Below are positions 11,501-19,600 of a DNA stretch of 62,919 nucleotides, one piece after another. The notes below the pieces were generated by a model, which was given only the letters and a program-made list of their open reading frames with translations, was not told the origin of the DNA and did no database searches. The stretch is taken from IMG/VR virus record IMGVR_UViG_3300021962_000100, positions 1 to 62,919 of that record. The stretch is one strand, 5' to 3'. Source of the DNA: a virus. Taxonomy: Duplodnaviria > Caudoviricetes. Position 1 is the stretch's first letter, and every line of letters begins with the position of its first letter. The translations under genes and the position numbers were made by a program.

Positions 11501-14136
11501 CTAATCTCCATAAGAAAAGGAACTTTTTCTGTACCCTTACTTTGATTTAAAAAATAATCAACGCTTTTACCTATATAATTTTTTCCCGGAGTCATTATAC
11601 CATATATACCTTTTTTTTCTTCTTCTAAGCCAGGTATAGTTAATTGTTCAGCAGCAGGAGTAACAAGATCAAGTTTAGCTAACTGATTATCTAAATAAGA
11701 TGGTCCTAGTTCTTTTGCACCATAGCTGTTTATTTTATGACCAAATTCATGAGAACCTACAAGACGTAAGTCTTCTGGTTTAAATGCTCCAGGACGTATA
11801 CCTATTGCATTGCCACTAGTAGAATAAAATGCTGCATGTCCACCAAGCATTCCTTCAGCTTTTGCTATAAGATTATCAGATTCCATCAATAAGGCATCTA
11901 GCTCATCTGCTTGATCTTGATATTCTGTCTTTGAAATTTTTCCTTCATTCAATGCAATTTCTAACTGATCATACTCTTCATTTAATGCGTCATTTACTTC
12001 TTTTTCATTTTTGTAAAAAACATTTACATTTTTTAAGTCATTAAGTCCCTGAACAAATGTTTCAGGTGTTTGTCCTTGAAGTGCTGGAGTATTATCTATT
12101 AAGTTTTGTAATCTTCTTTGACCCTCAGGTGTTTTCCATTGTTCTAATTTTTCTGCTCTTATTGTATCTAAAACCTCTGCTATTGTTTCATTTTCTTGAG
12201 CAGAATAATTTGGACCCATGTCATCTAACATATATTTAATAGGCTCATTTGCTTTATCAAAACCTAAAACTTCAGACTTTGCTAATTCCTCTTCAATATT
12301 AAGTGGTTTTTTAGTTGGGTATGGTTCTACAGTTGCAGCCGTTCTATATTCATCAGGAAGAATAAACTCTTTTTGAGGTTGTCCAGCAAACTCTAATGCT
12401 GCAGGATTATTACTTACATTATAACCCTGTAATTTAGAAAATGGAACATTAGTAGTCAATAAATTATTTACATCACCTCTTTGACCTGCCACAATTCCTA
12501 CTTCACCTTCTGTACCAAAAGGTTGATTTGTCCACCATTTACCTGCGGTTTCTTGTGGAAAAAATATACCAGCCATTTCAGTTCCTTCTGGATACATTGG
12601 GTTATATAATTCACCACTATTTAAATATGTTTTTACATTAGGGGATTGTAATTGTTCAGGAGTTAATTCTGAAACTGCACCTAATTCATAATCATGGTAT
12701 TCAGCAGCTAAAGGATTTTTACTAAAACTTTGATTAGGAGGTTCTACTCTGTACAATGGAACTCTAGTATCAATAGCTCTAACTGTTTTAGCTAATGGAC
12801 TTCCTGTAGATGAAGTAGATCCTACTGGTAATAAACCAGTACCCGTATTACCTGGATTAGGGCGCATAGGACCAGCTTGGCCCCATTCACCATAAGAAGA
12901 TTTTAATATATCACTTTCAACCATTGCCATTTTATAGGCATTTGCTTCTTCTGATAATGCTACTAATGGATTTTTTCCTCCAGCAAGAGTTAATGCATTC
13001 ATACCAATATCAAATGCTGCAGTTCCTGCATTTGCCCAACTTGGATCATCAACAAACTTTTGAGTTGATTCTACAGTTTCTGGAAGCATCTTCATTCCTT
13101 GAGCATATAAACCAACAGGATGCCACCATGAAGCAAAATCAATAGCTCCCGTAACAAGATTCTTATCAGCCCCGTCTTGATATCCTGTTTTTGCTTTCAT
13201 GTCTTCATATGCTTCATAGTTATAAGGCATAGTTTCTGTCGGAGACATTGCATAATGAAAAGCATCTAGAGGATTTAATAGAATAGAACGTGCTCTATTA
13301 TAATAACCTTCAGCTGAATTTGGGTTTTCAAATGATACATGATTAGGATCTCCAAGATTTAGTTGTTCCATGGTAACTTTACCAGGACCACTTTGACTAT
13401 TGTATCCATTTTCATCTGCCACTCTCCTTAATACATCTGGATCTTGACTAACATAAATATTAAGGGCTTTTTTCTTAAGCCTTTCATAATCCTCCTTTGC
13501 TTTCTGGATAGATTCTTCAACGCTTAATTTAGAATTTTGGGATCTTAAATCTTGAGCTACTTGATATACAACATTATCATAGTTATCATTAAGAGCTTTT
13601 TCAGCCAAGAAACTTCTTTTATTGTTATACTCTTGTTTAGCAGCTTCCACATGTCCCCATTGTTCATCTGTAGTTGGAGCTAATTGAGCTAAAGTACCTT
13701 GAATTGTTTCTGATTGAAAAGCATTTGGGTTAGCTATAGCAAAAGCTTGTTCTTCTTCTAATTTTCTTTTTGCTTCAGCATCTAACTTTTGTTGAAGTGC
13801 TAAAGCTGCATCTTCTTTTTTCTTTTGTTCAGTAGCTGTTTTAAGAGCTGTGGCATTTGCTCTTGTTGGTGGTCCTTGAGAGGCAGCCTGTACTTTCATA
13901 GCACCAGTTCTAATATCTGGTTTACTGTATATAGATTGCACACTAGAAGAACCTACAGGTTGCCCCATACCAGCATTAAGCTTTTGCAATATCATTGCAT
14001 CTCTTACAGGAGCACCATCCGAATAAATCCAGTTACCTGAATTATCTTTTTTAAATTTATTTCCAGGATAATCTCTAAGCTCCACTTCACCTCCTACTGG
14101 AAATTTTGGGATACCAACAATTTTATACTTTGCCAT
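8563..14136 (-). CDS. Multidomain cargo/effector protein: ART-like, zincin (HEFGH), nucleotidyltransferase-like, C-terminal TM and ELT tag
   Basis: 1857 aa. Motifs LYR...GKWWT...QKEFILP; HEFGH; VYGS-x13-DVD...ID; hydrophobic VIVPLILAVPTLGLLG. Confidence 0.6.
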   Translation of the reverse strand: MAKYKIVGIPKFPVGGEVELRDYPGNKFKKDNSGNWIYSDGAPVRDAMILQKLNAGMGQPVGSSSVQSIYSKPDIRTGAMKVQAASQGPPTRANATALKTATEQKKKEDAALALQQKLDAEAKRKLEEEQAFAIANPNAFQSETIQGTLAQLAPTTDEQWGHVEAAKQEYNNKRSFLAEKALNDNYDNVVYQVAQDLRSQNSKLSVEESIQKAKEDYERLKKKALNIYVSQDPDVLRRVADENGYNSQSGPGKVTMEQLNLGDPNHVSFENPNSAEGYYNRARSILLNPLDAFHYAMSPTETMPYNYEAYEDMKAKTGYQDGADKNLVTGAIDFASWWHPVGLYAQGMKMLPETVESTQKFVDDPSWANAGTAAFDIGMNALTLAGGKNPLVALSEEANAYKMAMVESDILKSSYGEWGQAGPMRPNPGNTGTGLLPVGSTSSTGSPLAKTVRAIDTRVPLYRVEPPNQSFSKNPLAAEYHDYELGAVSELTPEQLQSPNVKTYLNSGELYNPMYPEGTEMAGIFFPQETAGKWWTNQPFGTEGEVGIVAGQRGDVNNLLTTNVPFSKLQGYNVSNNPAALEFAGQPQKEFILPDEYRTAATVEPYPTKKPLNIEEELAKSEVLGFDKANEPIKYMLDDMGPNYSAQENETIAEVLDTIRAEKLEQWKTPEGQRRLQNLIDNTPALQGQTPETFVQGLNDLKNVNVFYKNEKEVNDALNEEYDQLEIALNEGKISKTEYQDQADELDALLMESDNLIAKAEGMLGGHAAFYSTSGNAIGIRPGAFKPEDLRLVGSHEFGHKINSYGAKELGPSYLDNQLAKLDLVTPAAEQLTIPGLEEEKKGIYGIMTPGKNYIGKSVDYFLNQSKGTEKVPFLMEIREDLLQQGIIKNAYDKITPKMLKDRYKDYRKTTGEKFPLRLYDIVKDKPQNFNIMSKVLNNLPTVLSAVGMADAFLDEENPNVNEAGLSLLIGAIGKGKRGLKNFSKNTAKAITFRDKALRKLAEESNQISRNAYNQYIDQTHKAIGVSNQYLAEVDKVKNILPHALERTGIDSRQLLDSFKKQGEIARLERNIPNIQITDKGLKIEKGSPLSEAITKGEGQITSFKTGKPVQALVEMPSKSMVISPKDKKLEYIHEGNSNPVVSPEYLTTLNDNIKHVEQLTGGKVYGSAVGVTEGGLPHLTGDVDVLILDKDYDNKVKNTLQHVLDKGPAKVHNIGIPGEEGNIDFNIIHTNPNGTVKVNWTSNPLTGEKRSIELELFRQFFPDEYYAQQKKAIERLGNKIKEKHPNSTGSFINLMKTSLVDPEMLGLEINISAKEFMDKIDPAIKTIVDAYESSKSKHVNRIDTYINYGNVNTVKKAQETYVQSLVGSKGSIGPQLSTEALSDVNANIEALRLMDFIGDIESVAQNPERMQLALNDFYINNSVHNRQVSHRGTIEDLENSFKKWDITQGGGTLRGFGLNTVKLGNPNHQGNILGQMQYGLNVNATNPVEYVNSVKFATSGGGVFTPEQKEIVTDIIKHHSGPLYNEEAMSSINKTGDLLSNSILGKMAMSDASKKNIQKIYNEITERLGVRSASIVEGDTYGTSYYSSILGDFNEAKDLLQYSILNTALKPKSLLTRRYNFESLANSLPSGQIDSDLIKTFQDYKRIENMINGGLQKLRERSDSLQQLMRNLDKLVDEKAERLAGKRNPELKKEYDEIQAQLDFYHKQVNEYNELEREYLQQANQIKSFRQVIVPLILAVPTLGLLGKITYDTVYDRVTKGPKEGVDTVFQTDELSKKERAYVKKYFKSKGSLKGFTWPDGTGIQSHHTVGEGMLLKNPHLKPPPKRFKEGGIIEMELTPKQIQEYVAKGYIVEEQ

Positions 14137-14138
14137 AA

Positions 14139-16625
14139 TTATATTTGTTCAATAGTGTAACCTAAACTTCTTAATCTTTTTACTTCAGCTTCTGTAAGTT
14201 CAACTTCATCTCCAACTTTATGTTCACCTCCTTTTTGTTTCTTAGGTTTATAATTATAGTTATAATCACCATTAAGATACTTTAATAAATCACCCTGTTG
14301 TGCTCCATATAAATCAAGTAATTGAACTATATCATATGGTAGTTTATCTTCATCGGCAAGTCTATAAAGATTGTCTAAAGTTTCTTTAGTTATTTTACCA
14401 GCTTCCCATGGTGTTTTATGTTCACTTAAATAAAACAATGTTGATAGTTTTCTTGCTTCAATTTCAGATGGATCAGATACATAGTTAAACTTTTCTTGAT
14501 CAAAACTGTCACTCCAAGGACCATCGTTAAAAGCTTTTAGATTTATTGGAGGAACTGTTTCCATAACATCCAAAAGAGCATCACCTTTATGACTTACTTC
14601 ATGAACATAAGTAGTATTAAATTTACCAGGATCAGCTTTTGTATATAAAAACATTTTGTTCTTTTCAGGATCCCAATAACCATCCTCACGCATGTCTTGG
14701 GGCTTTTGACTTGTAATTGAAAAATATGTTGGTCTATTTAAAGCACCAATGCGCTCATTTGATTTTCTAACATCTTGCTTTTTAAGTTGTTTATCATAAT
14801 ATTCTTGAAAACCTGAATTTTTTTTATTATAAATATCATTTTCTTCATTCATAATAGCAAATAATTTCTGATTTAAATCATATAACTTAGGATCATTAGG
14901 ATTGTTTTTTTCTATTGTTTCAATTTGTTTATATAAATCTAGATAAGTTGTTCCAAATTTATTTTTTATATAATCATCCTCTATGCCAGCGTTAGCATAA
15001 GGATCACGCTTTGAATATGGTTGTGTTTTGTAATAATTTTCTACAAAATCTTTACTCTTCCAATACATATCAGATTCTTTCTTTGGAACCTGTTTAGTAT
15101 TGTATCTTTTTCCTTTATATACAAATTCTTTTTCTCCGGACTCTCTTGCATTTCTAAAAGCTGAATTAAATGAACTATATTCTGAGTAATCATTCAATCC
15201 CCATTTTTTAGGATTCCAAGCTTCATACCATGATATATAATCCTTACCATACTTATCTTTATCTCTTTCCCATTGAGATTTTAATTTAACATCTTTTTCA
15301 GTTTTTACTCTTATACAATCTCCAAATTCATCTTTTGCATATCCTGGAGGACATGGACTTCCTCCTTCTTCCATTTGATTTAAAGAAGGAACAGAGATAT
15401 CTTCTACAATATAACCTCCTTTTCTATACTCTTCTATTTCTTCTGGAGTAAGTTCAGTTTCAATATATCCTCCATCATTATATGAACTCTTGTACTCACC
15501 AGGATCATTGGGGCTTTTTTTAAAGTACATGTTATTAGTCTGACCCTTTTTATTTTTGCCACCAACAATACCATCAGGCAATTTATTATTACTACTTAGA
15601 TATAATAGATAATTGGTTTTTTCTTCAGGTGTCATATTACTAGCTCCTGCCTTTGCACCTACATAATTATTATAAATATCTTCACCAGATTCTCTTAACT
15701 TATCTGTCCAATCTCTGTCATCCATCCCACCAAATAGAGTAGATAATTCATGACCTATTCCAGATAGATTAGAACCAATAAAACCTACTGCTGGAGCTAA
15801 AAATTGAAAATGACTCATAGGATTACTTACAGCATCTTCAATAGCTTCTGCAGTATATCTTCCTGCATTAGCATGTCTAAAGTTATCTACTGGATCATCA
15901 TTTGGTCCTGCAGCAGCTTCACCAGCTAATCTTGCTCTTTCCATTGGAAAACCAAGACTATTGTTTACTTTCCATTCTGCGGCTTTAAGATCACTCATAT
16001 TTTTTGGAGGCAATATCAATTGATCTGTTACATCAGGATAATATATATCTTGTTCTCTTTGTATCTCAAATAATCTATCTGCTTCTTGTTGATCAGATAT
16101 TTGTGGAGACATTCTTAAGTCACTTATTTTTTGTCTTCTTTCAGTATTAGACATTGGCACTTTAGCCTCATACTTTGGAGCATTTTGTACTACTGGAGAA
16201 CCTACTGGTTTACCTTTACCATAATTAAGATCTTGTAATATCATGGTATCTGTTACCGGTGCTCCAGATTCATATATCCATTTACCACTCTCATCTTTTT
16301 TAAACCTGTTTCCTGGAGCTCTATCTAATTGAACATATCCACCATTATCAAAAAACATTGGTGATGAACTACCTGGCGCTATTGGGCTATAAGTTTTACT
16401 TTTAACTTTTTTCTTTTTAAATAAAGCATTAGGTTTACTCAAAGCACTCTTCTTAAATAAAGAATTCTTTTTAAACAATCTATTAGTTGCATTTAAGTCA
16501 CTAGAAAACTTACTTCCACCCTTTTTCATTTGAGGGGTTGTATCTGTACCTACTGCTTTTTTAACTTTATTCTTAGGATCATTCAGATTTTTAAGAACAT
16601 CAATAAGTAATTTCTTATTATACAT
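14139..16625 (-). CDS. Multidomain cargo/effector protein: DxFRH...HE...DxxNN toxin-like domain, zincin (HEVSH), two ELT tags
   Basis: 828 aa. Domains are separated by MKKGG, FDNGG, YNDGG, MEEGG and KQKGG. Confidence 0.6.
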   Translation of the reverse strand: MYNKKLLIDVLKNLNDPKNKVKKAVGTDTTPQMKKGGSKFSSDLNATNRLFKKNSLFKKSALSKPNALFKKKKVKSKTYSPIAPGSSSPMFFDNGGYVQLDRAPGNRFKKDESGKWIYESGAPVTDTMILQDLNYGKGKPVGSPVVQNAPKYEAKVPMSNTERRQKISDLRMSPQISDQQEADRLFEIQREQDIYYPDVTDQLILPPKNMSDLKAAEWKVNNSLGFPMERARLAGEAAAGPNDDPVDNFRHANAGRYTAEAIEDAVSNPMSHFQFLAPAVGFIGSNLSGIGHELSTLFGGMDDRDWTDKLRESGEDIYNNYVGAKAGASNMTPEEKTNYLLYLSSNNKLPDGIVGGKNKKGQTNNMYFKKSPNDPGEYKSSYNDGGYIETELTPEEIEEYRKGGYIVEDISVPSLNQMEEGGSPCPPGYAKDEFGDCIRVKTEKDVKLKSQWERDKDKYGKDYISWYEAWNPKKWGLNDYSEYSSFNSAFRNARESGEKEFVYKGKRYNTKQVPKKESDMYWKSKDFVENYYKTQPYSKRDPYANAGIEDDYIKNKFGTTYLDLYKQIETIEKNNPNDPKLYDLNQKLFAIMNEENDIYNKKNSGFQEYYDKQLKKQDVRKSNERIGALNRPTYFSITSQKPQDMREDGYWDPEKNKMFLYTKADPGKFNTTYVHEVSHKGDALLDVMETVPPINLKAFNDGPWSDSFDQEKFNYVSDPSEIEARKLSTLFYLSEHKTPWEAGKITKETLDNLYRLADEDKLPYDIVQLLDLYGAQQGDLLKYLNGDYNYNYKPKKQKGGEHKVGDEVELTEAEVKRLRSLGYTIEQI

Positions 16626-19600
16626 TATCTAGGAGAATGTTGTGTTTTAGTATTGATAATTTTTAAAACCATGTTAGTATCTCTTGAATTACTTTTAGAA
16701 AGTTTAATAAAGTTAATATAATGTCTGAACTTCTTTCTTTGTAACTCAGGTTTAGAATAATCTAAATTTAACTGGTTTAAATTCTTAATATAACCATTAG
16801 GTTCTGTAATCCAAATGTTTCTTTCATCATAGTTACCAAGCAATACTGTAGAATCAGGAGAAGGTAAATACGGTCCAGGATTAGGTGGATATGGTGAACC
16901 AATTGGGAACTCACCTCTATTTTTAGTAATATCCCAAAATTGATTTATTCTATATTTATGTTCTTCTTTAGAATAAAGAATATCATAACTTGCTAAGTTT
17001 GGTGCAAGCTTAGGGAACTGTAATGATAAGCCTATATCATTCTTTGGATAGATATTTAAATTTAAGTATCCTGAAACCTGATCTGAATTATGAATTACAG
17101 CATGATCAAAGTTATAATCTAAGACATGGAACTGATCCACACATAAGTTTTTATCTCTTCTATAACATTCTAAGTAATACTCAATACTTTTAATTGTATT
17201 TACCATCTGACCAGTTGGCACAGGTAATTCTATTTCAAAAGGATGTTGTACTCCGTAGAAATTACAATAATCATTACAGAATGCATTATGCTTCCATATA
17301 CCATTATTTTTTGTAGTTAAGAATGTTCCTTTACTTGGTACATAGAAGTTAGGGTGCCAGTCATGAAAACTAATCCAGAATTGTAATTTAGGGTCATAAC
17401 TAACCGTCCAAGATGCATCATCAAAATATGTTGGATCACCTAGTTTAAATTTAACTACTAAGCCATTACCGTTTTGATATTGAAACTTATCAATTGATTG
17501 AATATAAGTTGTTTGACCTCTATACTTTTCTTTCAATCTAAAATCTCTTTTAGAAAAATAAAGCACACTGTTGTCATTATCATAACTTGCTGTACATGAT
17601 ATACCAGCTACTGGATTATCTGTATGTGGATAATTAGGGAATTCTTCCAAAAGTTTATATGGTAAGAATTCACTAAACCACCACTTCATTCCATCTTGAG
17701 AAATTTCTTTTAAACCATTTTGAAATGAAAATACTTTACCTTGGTTTTGTGAGATATAATAAAGTCCTGCAGGTGTAGATACAACCGCATATTTATTTTG
17801 TGATGATCCATATTCATATGGTCTCTCAGCTACTACAACATTTTGTGGAGCTTGAGCAAATATACCAGCATCTCCAACTGTTACTTTAGTGCCGCTATCA
17901 TCTAACTGTAATGTATCAACGCCTTGATAAATAATAGGACTATCATTTTCAAATGTGATAAATAAACCAGTTTTTGCAAAACTTTTTACTGAACTCAACT
18001 TGCTTTTAAACTCTACCATGTTAAGTGGTAAAAATGTTAACCAAGCGTCTACATTACTTGTTTCCTGTTGTTGTAATGAGTAGTTAATTCTATTAGGATA
18101 ACTTACATAACATAACTCAGCTACATTAGGATTGTAACTTGTACCTTGTAAAATACCAGCAGTAAAATATTGATTGAATAAAAATCTTGATGCACTTAAT
18201 GAATAATCATAAGCATAGTAGTTTCCTTTAGTAAGAATCTCTGGATTAGAATCAAATAAAACATCAAGGTTAGTATAATTATATTTATTGTAAGGTTGTT
18301 GCCAAGTAAGTGTACCCGGATCTCTAAAGTCTACAAGTACCTCAGATTCTACAAAGAAATCTCTAACACCATTGGCAGAAGTATAAAAATAAGAATTTCT
18401 TACTCCAATAAATCCAGGGTATAGTAATGATAAATTAGTCTGTTTATTAAAATAAACATTATCTAAATCATAGTAACTTCCAGGCAATAAACCATTACCA
18501 TAGTTTGGGTTATTACTAAATAAACTAAATAAGTTACTTATATTAAATTCACTGATATCCCAAGGTTGACTATTTACTTTAAACTTGGGTTCAGGAATCA
18601 TTTGATTTAAAAAATAATTCCATTCTATATTATCTGGAACATCATACAAAGTATCATAAAAGAAATGCATGATATTCTTTTCAGTAAATCTATTTACATA
18701 AGTGTCTCCTCCAAACATAGTTGGAGTTTCAGTTTTATTTTGAATAAAATTTGAAAATCCACAAGTGCTACCAAAAGACAAAGTTTGTACAGAGTTGGGA
18801 CCTGTAGTTATATTGTAATCAAGTTTTTGTTCACATGGTGTAGCAACTATTTGTTGTACAGTATCTAATTGCCCATATTGATTTTCAATTCTATATTTTA
18901 ATCCTACATAATGACTAGCAATTTTATTTATAAAATTTTTAGTCTTACCGTTTTCAGTCCAGTTAACTTTATTAGGAGTAAAATTACTAGCACCAGGAAT
19001 ATTAGCTATTGGATTAAATGTATCAATAGCATAACCAAGTGTCATCAATGATTGATCAACACTTCTTCCATTGGCGTTTAATAAAAAATGTGGGCCAGAT
19101 GTAGTTCCTGCTGTATCACCACGTTTTGTTCTTAATACAACTAACTTAGGTCTTTTAATATTATTTACTCTGTACTTTCTATTAACACCTGAAGAGTCTA
19201 CATATTCAGTTAAAGATTGTAATTGATCAAATATATATTGACCTTCTTCCATCACAAATCTTTTATCTTGAGAGTTATTAGGAATTACAAACTTATTGTA
19301 ATCACCATGTCCAACTAATTCAAGAGCATACTGCCTCTTTTTAATTACAGCATATAATGTATCTACGGCTTGTTGAGTACCTTCAATGAAATAATAAAAT
19401 AATTGACCACCTGTTGTTATAGTATTTAAATAACCTGAAATGCTGGGGCCAAGTAATTCATACCCACTATATGTTTTATCGTATTGTGGTAATGTATAGT
19501 AATGGCCTGTAGAACTAACACCATCTTGAGCATTTTCAAAAATGCTACTTAAACTCACACCTCCAGTAAATGCCTCAGCTATAGGACCACCTGCATTTGT

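Noticed and set aside
8563-14136. 1857-aa protein as the virion RNA polymerase
   Set aside because: No DxDxD-type catalytic motif in an RNAP context; its motifs fit ART/zincin/NTase. The polymerase probably lies beyond the left edge.
13948-16352. 52-aa duplicated module as a DGR template/variable repeat
   Set aside because: Both copies are in-frame coding, the differences are not adenine-restricted, and no reverse transcriptase is in the window.
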